Positions 8,533 to 17,178 of a stretch of DNA of 32,029 nt are shown one piece after another. This DNA comes from Akkermansiaceae bacterium. Lineage in GTDB: Bacteria > Verrucomicrobiota > Verrucomicrobiia > Verrucomicrobiales > Akkermansiaceae. Each line of letters starts with the position of its first letter. Within the stretch, counting starts at the first letter, position 1. The DNA lies in contig JAHDGN010000003.1 of the NCBI GenBank assembly GCA_020627645.1, positions 1-32,029 of the forward strand, written 5' to 3'. The position numbers and the translations under genes are program-made. The notes beneath the pieces are model-generated. The model had not been told where the DNA came from. It searched no databases and saw nothing but the letters and a program-made list of their open reading frames with translations.

Positions 8533-8628
8533 TTAGCGCACGTTCTTTTTGTGGCGGTTCGACTTCATGCGCTTACGACGCTTATGCTTGCTGATCTTGG
8601 TCTTCCGGCGTTTCTTGAGGTTTCCCAT
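8533..8628 (-). CDS. 31-aa highly basic peptide, bS22 / AURKAIP1-COX24-like small ribosomal protein candidate
   Basis: Hand translation of the minus strand gives ATG..TAA = [31 protein letters not shown]. It has its own GC-stem/T-tract terminator 60 nt downstream. A possible TTTACA-17nt-TAATCC promoter lies upstream (plus-strand 8660..8688). It is too short to appear in the ORF track. Confidence 0.65.
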   Translation of the reverse strand: MGNLKKRRKTKISKHKRRKRMKSNRHKKNVR

Positions 8629-8693
8629 GGTTTTTTTCTGTTTGGGTTATGATTTCTGCGGATTAGGTGACCGCAATTCCTGTGTAAAGATCT

Positions 8694-9608
8694 TTAATTA
8701 ACGATTTTGTTGAGTGGGTATTCAATAATGCCTTCGGCCCCCAGTTCTTTCAGCTCGGGGATTAGTGAGCGGGCCACTTTTTCGCAGATGATTGTTTCTA
8801 GAGCAAGCCATCCGTCTTCGGTGAGTCTGGCAATGGTCGGGCGGCGCAGGGATGGGAGGGTTTCGAGAATGGAGTCGAGAGCGGATTCTGGAAGGTTGAG
8901 CTTTAGTCCGACTTTATCTCGGGCCTCGAGAGCTCCTTTGAGCATCATCACCATTCGCTCCATCTTACCGCGCTTCCATTCGTCCGCAAAAGCTGATTTT
9001 GAAGCATAGAAATGGGGGAATGAGGACAGGAGTTCGTCGACAATGCGGAGCTTGTTGGCTCGAAGAGACGAGCCTGTTTCGGTGACGTCGACGATGGCGT
9101 CGACCAGGTCGGGGACTTTGACTTCGGTTGCTCCCCACGAGAATTCGACAGAAGCATTGATTCCTTTTTCGCCAAGGTATCTTTTTGTGATCTCGATTCC
9201 TTCGGTTGCGATGTGTTTACCCTCAAGGTCCTCGACTTTTTGGATTGGAGAGCTTTCGGGGACAACCAGGACCCAACGGGTTGGGCGAGTTGAAGCCCGC
9301 GAGTAGGGAAGCTCAGCAAGGTCAACGAGATCGACATCGAGACCATAGGCCCAGTCGAGGCCGGTAATGCCGCAATCAATAAACCCTTGGTCGATGTAGC
9401 GTGCGATTTCTTGGGCCCGGATCATGTAGATGTCGAGCGATTCGTCGTCAGACGAAGGGCGGAGTCCGCGGTCGGAAGTGTAGATATTGTAGCCAGCCTT
9501 TTCGAGAAGCCGAAGGGTGGGATCTTGAAGGCTGCCTTTTGGGAGGGCGATTTTAAGTGAGCTTGACACGCGGGGCGGGGTTTTTAGCGATGTGGGGTGA
9601 GGAAGCAA
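8694..9608 (-). CDS. hisG: ATP phosphoribosyltransferase, long form with C-terminal regulatory domain
   Basis: [23 protein letters not shown] is a HisG-type N-terminal segment, with a catalytic core and a HisG_C-like tail ([20 protein letters not shown]...[14 protein letters not shown]). The start is uncertain: TTG at 9608, or GTG at 9569 just before [11 protein letters not shown]. Confidence 0.9.
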   Translation of the reverse strand: MLPHPTSLKTPPRVSSSLKIALPKGSLQDPTLRLLEKAGYNIYTSDRGLRPSSDDESLDIYMIRAQEIARYIDQGFIDCGITGLDWAYGLDVDLVDLAELPYSRASTRPTRWVLVVPESSPIQKVEDLEGKHIATEGIEITKRYLGEKGINASVEFSWGATEVKVPDLVDAIVDVTETGSSLRANKLRIVDELLSSFPHFYASKSAFADEWKRGKMERMVMMLKGALEARDKVGLKLNLPESALDSILETLPSLRRPTIARLTEDGWLALETIICEKVARSLIPELKELGAEGIIEYPLNKIVN

Positions 9609-9859
9609 GTCTATTTGATCGGGAATGGGTTACTTTGAGAATTGAGCGAGCCTTTGAGGATCAATTTTGATGAACTGGTTTGAGGCGTGGGCGATTGAAT
9701 TTTTGGAGGGCTTTTAATTTTGCGGCAAGACTTTCTCTCTTAAGTCGTGTTTCGATTTCTTTTGAGAAATGGAAGGGGAAGTTAGAATTTTGGTTCACTA
9801 AGGTGGAGTTTAGCTTTTTGGTGCTCGTTACGGCACTTGTAGTTGGAAACTAGTGGTAG

Positions 9860-9899
9860 AGAGCAAAAGAGAAGCACCTGCCCGGTGACAGGTGCTTCT
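9860..9899 (-). terminator. Probable intrinsic terminator after the PEP-CTERM gene
   Basis: 11-bp perfect stem AGAAGCACCTG (9870..9880) / CAGGTGCTTCT (9889..9899) with an 8-nt loop. On the minus strand it is followed by CTTTTGCTCTC. Confidence 0.55.
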
Positions 9900-9925
9900 T
9901 AAGGGAGGGCTCTGAATTTAAATTT

Positions 9926-10759
9926 TTAGCGGCGGCGGCGTGAGAGGAAGCCGATCGATGCAAGAGTCGCCATGAGGATTGAGCTCGGCTCGGGGACTAA
10001 TCCAGGGACTCCACCGTCAACCGAGAAACGTAGAACCTCATTTCCACCTTGGAGATTGGTTAGGGTCCAGACTGACTGACTGATGGCTTGGCTTGGGTCT
10101 GCTTGGACTGGCTCGCCTGCATTTAAGGCTGGGAAAGGAAAAGCTGACTGTGTGTTTCCCTTCCCAAGGAGTCCTAGAAAGACAGAGTTACCAGGGGCTG
10201 TGCTTACGTCATCAAAAATAGCGTTTCCTCCGCTGTATGAAGATGGGTTGATCGCGTTGTAAACTAAGCTTGAAGTAAGGTTAACCTGGCTCCCGTTGCC
10301 GTCGAAGGTGGCGAGGGTCGCATCCAATGTCATCCCCATTGTATTGAGGAGGGTTGCCAGGCCACCATCGGGAGCGAAGGTTGTGCTTGATCTTGTCACA
10401 AGCGGCTCTGCGAAAGTAAATGTGAATGTCAGGGAATCAGGGAGGACATCGTCGTTGTCGGGATCGAGGTCAAAATCGAGGTAGGTGTTGGGAAATGACG
10501 GGCTGAAGTCGCCGAGGCTCGCAGTTATTGGCTCGCCGTTAGCTGTTGACCACGCTATCGTGACGGGTTGGGGTGCTTGGTCCCAGGCATAGCCATTGAG
10601 GGCGCTGCCGGTGTCGTAGGTCGCTCCGGTTGGAGTGATGTTGATGGTTTCGTCGGAACCAGTTGGAAACGCGAAAGTTGTGGGCCATGTCCAAGCTGCG
10701 GTAGCATATTGAGATGCAACCGAAGAAAGGGCTATTATCAAGGGGGCGATATTTTTCAT
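9926..10759 (-). CDS. PEP-CTERM sorting-domain secreted protein, otherwise unknown
   Basis: Signal peptide MKNIAPLIIALSSVASQYATA. The C-terminus is VPEPSSILMATLASIGFLSRRRR: a PEP motif, a TM helix and a basic tail. Confidence 0.8.
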   Translation of the reverse strand: MKNIAPLIIALSSVASQYATAAWTWPTTFAFPTGSDETINITPTGATYDTGSALNGYAWDQAPQPVTIAWSTANGEPITASLGDFSPSFPNTYLDFDLDPDNDDVLPDSLTFTFTFAEPLVTRSSTTFAPDGGLATLLNTMGMTLDATLATFDGNGSQVNLTSSLVYNAINPSSYSGGNAIFDDVSTAPGNSVFLGLLGKGNTQSAFPFPALNAGEPVQADPSQAISQSVWTLTNLQGGNEVLRFSVDGGVPGLVPEPSSILMATLASIGFLSRRRR

Positions 10760-10973
10760 AACAGAGAGATCGAGTAGAATGGATATTAATCGTTGGCAAC
10801 TCTAAAAATTGGTTGGTTTTCCTGTTCTGTGGATTCGTCGGGCTTGCTGAGATGGTGTGGGGGTTTTGAGAGTTTGGATGCGCTTGACTCCTAAATTGTC
10901 GTGATCATCGAAAAATCAGTGAGTTTTATGAGTAGGGGGAAAAGTTGCAATGATTCCAGAACGGCATTTGGGG

Positions 10974-11873
10974 TCATCGGGTCCTGTGGAAGCTCAGAGC
11001 GGCCAGTCCGAGAAAAGTAAGAAATATGGAGCTGGGTTCGGGAACAACAGCAAGGGCTTGTTTAAAGGAGTCGTCGTATTGTTTACCCTGGACTGAGAAG
11101 CGAAACTGAGAGTCAGGGTTCAATGCTTGCCCGTTCGTATCGATGCCGGACCAGGTTATTGTCTGGATATAAAAGGGTTCAAAATCGCCATCAACAATGC
11201 CATTGGATGGACTATCAGTTGCTCCATTCCATGCTCCGTTGCGTTCGCTGTCGACTCCGCCAAAGCGAATCCAAGATTGGGCGTTTGAGGCGGTGGATCC
11301 CGGCCATGTTCCAGAGTAGTTTCCCGTTAGTGAGCCGGCAGCCAGAGTTCCTTCGTTCGTATGACTGCCGAAGCCCGCGGGAGGACTGATGTAGAAATCA
11401 GCGTTGGTGCTTAGGCCTCGTTGAGCTGTGGTTGCATCAAGGACTTCGATGATTCCTCCTAGGGTTGCCTCGAATTCGATTGAGTCTGATTGGGTCGGAA
11501 ATAATCCTAGGGATGCGCCGATGCCCTGAGCGGGGCCAATGGCTGCAATTGGCTGTGCAAAATCTCCGGTAATTTCAAATCCCTTGACGTTGATAAGGTT
11601 TGACAGGGTTCCTCCTGAAAAATTTGCGGAATGAGGAAGGTTTGGATCGAATGGGATCAGGGTTGCGGTGATGTTGAGGGTTGTGCCATCGCGGGCCATT
11701 AAGATGTTTTTCATTGTTCCTGTCCCGGAAAATCCGCTGACAAAGAGTGAGTTAGCAGAGATTGTTCCATCACCTGTCCAAGTGGTTGATCCATTGGCGG
11801 AGAGTGCAATGGCGGCATGAGACGTCTGGGTGATGAGGGCAATTGTGAATGCTAGGTGTTTTGTTTTTTTCAT
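10974..11873 (-). CDS. PEP-CTERM sorting-domain secreted protein, otherwise unknown
   Basis: Signal peptide MKKTKHLAFTIALITQTSHA. The C-terminus is VVPEPSSIFLTFLGLAALSFHRTR. Confidence 0.8.
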   Translation of the reverse strand: MKKTKHLAFTIALITQTSHAAIALSANGSTTWTGDGTISANSLFVSGFSGTGTMKNILMARDGTTLNITATLIPFDPNLPHSANFSGGTLSNLINVKGFEITGDFAQPIAAIGPAQGIGASLGLFPTQSDSIEFEATLGGIIEVLDATTAQRGLSTNADFYISPPAGFGSHTNEGTLAAGSLTGNYSGTWPGSTASNAQSWIRFGGVDSERNGAWNGATDSPSNGIVDGDFEPFYIQTITWSGIDTNGQALNPDSQFRFSVQGKQYDDSFKQALAVVPEPSSIFLTFLGLAALSFHRTR

Positions 11874-12001
11874 TGAGAGTTGTGTATTTACAACTCATAT
11901 TAATTGCGGTCAAAAAATAAAATATTAGATTAAATTGCCTAAAAAATTATAACGAATTTAACTTGTTGTTTTTTAGTTTTTTATGGAAAATTGGATGGTT
12001 T

Positions 12002-13102
12002 TTAAAGCCTCAAAATTATTTCATTGCCCATTGAGGACGTGGTGGAAAGAGTTTCATCGGAGGCGCCAGTTGCGATGTCAGAAGTTCGAAATCCATCGGA
12101 AATGGTCTTTTTGACGGCTTCATGAATCGAGGTGCTCACTTCAGGCAACCCTAGGGAGTATTGAAAAAGAAGTGCTAGTGAGAGAACTTGCGCGACAGGG
12201 TTCGCGGTATTTTTGCCGGCGATGTCTGGAGCGGACCCGCCGGATGGTTCGTAGAGTCCAAAGGTTAGGCCGGTCGAATTTTGATTTCCGAGGGAGGCGG
12301 ATGGCAGCATTCCTAAAGATCCTGATAGGATTGCTAGTTCATCAGAGAGGATATCGCCAAACAGATTGCTAGTCAGTATTGTATCAAAAGAGGTGGGGTG
12401 TTTTATTAATTGCATGGAAGCATTATCAACATACATATGTGAAAGCTTAACATCGGGATAGTTCAGGGAAACTTCATTGACGGTCTCTCGCCAGAGAAGC
12501 GAATTTTGAAGAACGTTTGCTTTGTCAACTGAGAGTAGTTCGTTGTTTCTTTTCTGTGCGGCTTGGAAGGCAATGTGTGCGATGCGTTCTATTTCAGACT
12601 TGCAGTAGACCATGGTGTCAATGGCTTGCACGTCTCCATTTGGAAGGTTCGTGATTGATTTGGGCTGTCCGAAGTAGATTCCGCCTGTGAGTTCGCGAAC
12701 ACAGAGGATATCGAATCCATTGGGGATGAGTTCATTTTTGATGGGGGAGGAGTGGGTGAGAGCGGGGTGGCAAATGCCCGGGCGGAGATTGGCATAGAGA
12801 TTAAATTGTTTGCGGAGAGGAAGGAGAGCACCGCGTTCAGGCTGTTGGTCGGGGGGAAGGTTTTCCCATTTGGGACCACCCACGGAGCCAAATAGAATAG
12901 CGTCGGCTTGTTCACATGCACTCATTGTTTCGGGTGGGAGTGGTGATCCGGTCGCATCAATGGCTGCGCCTCCAACGAGATGTGAGCTGTGAGTTATTTT
13001 TAGGTCAAACTTGGTTTTGACAGCTTCAAGGACCTGAATGGCAACGGTCATGACTTCAGGGCCGATTCCGTCACCTGGTAGGACTGCAATATGCGGTGGC
13101 AT
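12002..13102 (-). CDS. leuB: 3-isopropylmalate dehydrogenase
   Basis: The N-terminus [14 protein letters not shown] is typical of LeuB. Other matches are [26 protein letters not shown] and [21 protein letters not shown]. Confidence 0.92.
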   Translation of the reverse strand: MPPHIAVLPGDGIGPEVMTVAIQVLEAVKTKFDLKITHSSHLVGGAAIDATGSPLPPETMSACEQADAILFGSVGGPKWENLPPDQQPERGALLPLRKQFNLYANLRPGICHPALTHSSPIKNELIPNGFDILCVRELTGGIYFGQPKSITNLPNGDVQAIDTMVYCKSEIERIAHIAFQAAQKRNNELLSVDKANVLQNSLLWRETVNEVSLNYPDVKLSHMYVDNASMQLIKHPTSFDTILTSNLFGDILSDELAILSGSLGMLPSASLGNQNSTGLTFGLYEPSGGSAPDIAGKNTANPVAQVLSLALLFQYSLGLPEVSTSIHEAVKKTISDGFRTSDIATGASDETLSTTSSMGNEIILRL

Positions 13103-13159
13103 GGGGAGGAGATAGGCGATGGAGGTCTTCTGTTTAAGCTAATTCGATGGAGAAATACG

Positions 13160-13185
13160 AATTTTAATTGCATACAATTAAAATT
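13160..13185. repeat. Perfect 26-bp palindrome (11-bp arms, 4-nt spacer) in the divergent leuB / 13202 promoter region; candidate operator
   Basis: AATTTTAATTG (13160..13170), spacer CATA, then CAATTAAAATT (13175..13185), which is the exact reverse complement. It ends 16 nt before the ATG at 13202. Confidence 0.6.
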
Positions 13186-13201
13186 TTGCTACTCTGGCTA
13201 A

Positions 13202-16200
13202 ATGTTTAAAAATTGCCTTCTGTTTTTGAGCTTGGTTCCTTTGGTCGCTTCTGGTGATCAAGTTTATGGTCCAATTGGGATCTGGGGAACGCATTGGACC
13301 GGTTCGCAATGGGGGAATGAGATTACGGTTTTAAGAGTTGATGCGGGATCGCCAGCGGACGGGATTGTGCCTGTGGGGGCGGTCATCAATGGGGCTGGAG
13401 GCGAAGTTTTTCAGTCAAATGTCAGGAAGGAGTTGGCGGCTGCTATCGATATCGCTGAAACGGCCTCTGCGGGCGGGCGTTTGGAATTGATGATCAAAGG
13501 GGAGGCTCCAGTGACGGTGACTTTGGATGTGATGGGGGCCTACAGTGCGACTGCACCGTATGATTGCCCAAAGTCGTCCGCGATTTTGGCAAAATATGAA
13601 GGTCGGATGGCTGGGAGAAAACCGAGCCAAAGATTTGTGTCATTGTTGATGAGGACCGCGATTGGGAATGGTCATTCGATGGCGAACCTCGCTGGCTATG
13701 AATGGCCTGAGGTTGATCCTGATGGGAAGGTCTGGACATGGGGTTACCAATGTTTGGCGTTGTGCGAGTATTATTTGCAAACTTTGGATCAGCGAGTTTT
13801 GGGGGATATTGAAGCCTTGACGAGTTTATTGGTGAACGGGGCCGATGCGGGTGGTTTGTGGGGACACAATGCGAAGGCTGAATCGGGAAGGTTGAATGGT
13901 TATGCTCAGATGAATCAGACTTCATTGCCTAGTTTTATTGCCTTACAGTTGGCGAAAAGGTGTGGGGTGAACGTTCCTGGGTTGCAGGATGTTTTGGATA
14001 AAAATTATCGGTTTTATCGTGGTTTTGTGGGGAGAGGGACTCCTCCTTATGGGGTTCATCAGGCAAATGGTTGGACCTGGAACAACAATGGGATGAGTGC
14101 TTTGGCCGCGATTGCTATGAGTTTGTGGGGGGATGTTGAGGGGACCGAATTTTTTGCACGATTAGCTGCTGGATCTCACGAGGAGCTAGAGACGGGACAT
14201 TCAACGCATGCTTTCAATCTGATGTGGACTCCGATGGGGGTTTCCTTGTTGGGGCCAGAAGTAATGAATGAGTTTTTTGAGGAATCTAAGTGGCTGTATA
14301 CGATGGCTCGCAAGTGGAACGGGGATTTTCATTTTGATGGTTCCCAAGAGGGGAAAATGAGATGGCAGTATGCCATGGCGAGTCCTTATTTGGTTGCGAG
14401 GCGCAATTCATTTGTGATGGGGAAAGTGGCAGATGAGTCTGTGTGGTTATCGGGAGAAGGCGCCGTAGAAGCTGTGGCGGTAGGGAAATCGTCTTATTTT
14501 AATTCCAAATCGTTGGCTGAATTAGTTGATTATGGGGGGAGTCAATTGCCGCAAATATGGAAGAGGGCTTATTTTCCTTTGCGGGGAATGGAGTCTGGGG
14601 GACAGGTCATTCCCAGGCTCGTCGAAAGGTTTTCGTCTGACAATGTCTGGGAGAGAAAGGGGGCGGTGGCTTATTTTGGGGAGAGGTGTCCGAAGTCTAC
14701 GCAATTGGCTCGAGCCAGTGACTTAGTTGCGATATTGAGGGACCAGAGCGAGGATGATATCGTGCGAGTTGAGGCTGCGATATCGTTGTCATTTCTGGGG
14801 GCTGATGGAAGGAGTTACTATGGTGATATTTTAGATTATCTTTTGGAAGGCCAGGATGGCGATGAGCTAGGAGTGATGGAAGAAGAGTTGGCGGTTGCCC
14901 TTGGACGAATTGAGGCTCAGCCTTTTAAGGGGAGTGGAGTTCCCGATCAGGTGAAACATGTCGAAGTTGCCCTTAAGTTGATGCGTCATAAACGGCAGTC
15001 GGTTCGGGGGATTGGGGTTTCGATGTTACGAGGAATACCTAAGGAGGAATTCCATACAATTGCGGGGGATATTTTGCATGTGATTCGCGATGAGGATTTG
15101 AGTTATCATTCGTATCACAATCCGATGGGGCCTGTGGCAGGAGGGATTAATGTTCTAGCTGATATCGGGGTAGCTGATGGTCTGGTGTATGCCTTGGAGA
15201 TTGAGGATCGTTTTCCGAGTCAGAAGTTTGGTTTTCGAGCGCGCGCGACTTGGGATGTCTTTAAGGTTTATGGATCCGCGGCTCAGGAGGCTCTGGAAGA
15301 GTATCGAATTAAGCACAATCATCGGACCAACTGGAACCAGCTTCAGGGGCATTGGGATGCCATGTTGGCTGTCGTAGAGGGGGAGTCAACTGATCCGAGA
15401 GAGTTGTTTTCTCTAGCTGAGGCGATTGCGGAGGGTGGAGATCCGGTGGGGAGCTATGGCAATTGGGCTGCGATGTTTGAGGGGGGGAAGCTCAATGATG
15501 GAGAAGATGATTTGGATGGTGATGGTATGGCCAATCGTGAGGAGTGGATTTGGGGGAGTGACGCGGAGAGTGCTGATTCGAAAGGGCCAAAGTTGTTGTC
15601 CGTGGGAGGTGAGGGGCAGTTTCAATATCTTCGAAGGCTGGCCGAGGAGACAAATTTTGAGTATCGTTACGAATGGCTGAGTGGAGGAGTGTGGACCAGC
15701 TTGGAGGTTGATAGTGAGTCTGAGCAAGCTGGAGAAGATGAGGGCAGAGAGAAGTGGTTGGTGATGGCGGAAGGAGCTAAGGGGGAAACGATTAGAGTCG
15801 TTGCAGCTGATCCTAGTGGGCATGATGGGTTTTTGGTCAGGTCGGAGGGAATTCGTTTAGTTTTGGGCGAAAATCCGATGGCTATCATCGTGACAGATGG
15901 TGTGGGGGGAGTGGCGCCGGTTACGATTGAATTTGATGGGACAAGATCTTTTTCTCCTGTTGGGAATATCGTCTCTTATCAATGGGATTTTGGTGATGGC
16001 TCGGTCGCGTCGGGGCCTGTGGTTTCTCATGTCTTCGGATCGGGGACTTATAGAGCCTCCTTGACGATTCTAAACGAGCAGGGGGTGGGAGCTGTTCAGG
16101 CTGTGACGATTGTGAATGAGAGTTCATATCGTCTGCAGGCTGAAGACGCCGTTGTGACGTCAGCAGCCATTGAAAACAACCATGCTGGTCATCGGGGAAG

Positions 16201-16888
16201 TGGTTTTGTCAATTTACAGTCTAGTGGAAGTTCGGTTGAATGGATTAACGTTGATGGAGGTGAAGGAGGTGAGACAGGAATTGTTTTTCGACATGCGTTG
16301 GGGAACAACCCACGGGAAGTTCGTTTAGTTGTGAATGGGGTAGCTCAGTCGATGGTGTTTGATTCTTCAGGTGGGTGGGCTGAGTGGAGGGATAAAATTG
16401 TGTCGGTGAATCTTGATGCTGGCGAAAGCAATACTATTAAAATTGAGACGATCGGCCAAGATTCGGCCAATCTGGATGAACTTGAAGTTCTGAGGGGATC
16501 AGACCGTCTTTTGTCTTATGAGGATTGGCAAAGAAGTCATGATTGGGGGGGGCGTTTTTCGGAATTTCAGAGTGTAAATGATGACCCTGACGGAGACGGG
16601 GTTCCAAACGGTTTGGAGTGGGTTTTTGGGGCTTCACCGGTCAAAAGGAACAATGAGAGTTTGTTGGTTCAAAAGATCAATCGAGATTCTGTTGTCATCG
16701 AATTCCCGAAGTCTTCGCCTCATTTTAGATCTGTTTTTCAGAGCAGCCAAGATCTGGTCACCTGGACTGAAATTCCTGAAAGTCAGGAGCGATATCATGT
16801 TAATTCTGGGAAATACTTTTTTGAGCACGCGATTGATTTGGGCCGGGAAGAGAGATCATACTACCGGGTTCGTTTCGAAGTCGAGTAG
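13202..16888 (+). CDS. 1228-aa secreted multidomain protein (PDZ-like, helical/HEAT-like, TSP3-like Ca-binding repeats, PKD, CBM6/35-like); function unknown
   Basis: Signal peptide MFKNCLLFLSLVPLVASG. PDZ-like segment ITVLRVDAGSPADGIVPVGAVINGAGG. HEAT-like repeats at about aa 480-660. D-x-D-x-DG repeats at 15497..15547 and 16577..16621. PKD signature YQWDFGDGS (domain about 15878..16117). A CBM6/35-like block is at about 16127..16495 (YRLQAEDA...GSGFVN...LDELEV). Confidence 0.85.
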   Translation: MFKNCLLFLSLVPLVASGDQVYGPIGIWGTHWTGSQWGNEITVLRVDAGSPADGIVPVGAVINGAGGEVFQSNVRKELAAAIDIAETASAGGRLELMIKGEAPVTVTLDVMGAYSATAPYDCPKSSAILAKYEGRMAGRKPSQRFVSLLMRTAIGNGHSMANLAGYEWPEVDPDGKVWTWGYQCLALCEYYLQTLDQRVLGDIEALTSLLVNGADAGGLWGHNAKAESGRLNGYAQMNQTSLPSFIALQLAKRCGVNVPGLQDVLDKNYRFYRGFVGRGTPPYGVHQANGWTWNNNGMSALAAIAMSLWGDVEGTEFFARLAAGSHEELETGHSTHAFNLMWTPMGVSLLGPEVMNEFFEESKWLYTMARKWNGDFHFDGSQEGKMRWQYAMASPYLVARRNSFVMGKVADESVWLSGEGAVEAVAVGKSSYFNSKSLAELVDYGGSQLPQIWKRAYFPLRGMESGGQVIPRLVERFSSDNVWERKGAVAYFGERCPKSTQLARASDLVAILRDQSEDDIVRVEAAISLSFLGADGRSYYGDILDYLLEGQDGDELGVMEEELAVALGRIEAQPFKGSGVPDQVKHVEVALKLMRHKRQSVRGIGVSMLRGIPKEEFHTIAGDILHVIRDEDLSYHSYHNPMGPVAGGINVLADIGVADGLVYALEIEDRFPSQKFGFRARATWDVFKVYGSAAQEALEEYRIKHNHRTNWNQLQGHWDAMLAVVEGESTDPRELFSLAEAIAEGGDPVGSYGNWAAMFEGGKLNDGEDDLDGDGMANREEWIWGSDAESADSKGPKLLSVGGEGQFQYLRRLAEETNFEYRYEWLSGGVWTSLEVDSESEQAGEDEGREKWLVMAEGAKGETIRVVAADPSGHDGFLVRSEGIRLVLGENPMAIIVTDGVGGVAPVTIEFDGTRSFSPVGNIVSYQWDFGDGSVASGPVVSHVFGSGTYRASLTILNEQGVGAVQAVTIVNESSYRLQAEDAVVTSAAIENNHAGHRGSGFVNLQSSGSSVEWINVDGGEGGETGIVFRHALGNNPREVRLVVNGVAQSMVFDSSGGWAEWRDKIVSVNLDAGESNTIKIETIGQDSANLDELEVLRGSDRLLSYEDWQRSHDWGGRFSEFQSVNDDPDGDGVPNGLEWVFGASPVKRNNESLLVQKINRDSVVIEFPKSSPHFRSVFQSSQDLVTWTEIPESQERYHVNSGKYFFEHAIDLGREERSYYRVRFEVE

Positions 16889-17178
16889 ATGCTACTTTCA
16901 TCCTTGTTTGGAGATTGTGGTGATCTTGGAGAGAAGGTTATCTCGTTTTTTCTCGGCGGACTGGTGTCTTGTCGTGTCAAACCTGGTGATCGAACTTGGT
17001 TTCGATTTTTTGGGTCTTTTGGGTATCGAAAGACCGATGGAATAATGAGTTGGCGAGTGTGGTTAGTAGGATGGAGTGGAAGAATAGATCACAAGTGGGG
17101 GTCATTGCGTCCGAAGAAGTTTTGTAAAGAATAAGCGATTGAGCTTTTCAAAAATCCGGGAGATTTCAAATCTTCGGA

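Noticed and set aside
8948-9379. Medium-length alternative-frame or antisense ORFs inside hisG (and similarly 13494..13925 and 15413..15823 inside the giant gene, and 16578..17045 at its 3' end)
   Set aside because: All lie within or across confidently called genes. All have Pro/Ser/Arg/Thr-rich products without motifs.
9609-9925. 317-nt spacer upstream of hisG, examined for a His leader peptide or attenuator, a riboswitch, a tRNA or an sRNA
   Set aside because: There is no His-codon run and no tRNA-like T-loop (GGTTCGA-type). The only notable structures are a weak AT hairpin (9753..9768) and the terminator of the upstream PEP-CTERM gene.
13103-13201. Possible replication origin, suggested by the switch from mostly minus-strand to mostly plus-strand genes and an AT-rich palindrome
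   Set aside because: There are no DnaA-box-like TTATCCACA repeats and no dnaA or dnaN nearby. The spacer is only 99 nt, and gene orientation is mixed elsewhere in the window (6690..7358 is plus; 22373..24649 is minus).
16889-17178. 290-nt spacer with an 81-aa ORF (16889..17134) between the giant gene and dacB
   Set aside because: The ORF product is Gly/Trp/Arg-rich with no motifs or signal peptide. The only structure is a weak 7-bp hairpin (GGTCTTT/AAAGACC). Nothing here is supportable as a gene or an RNA.
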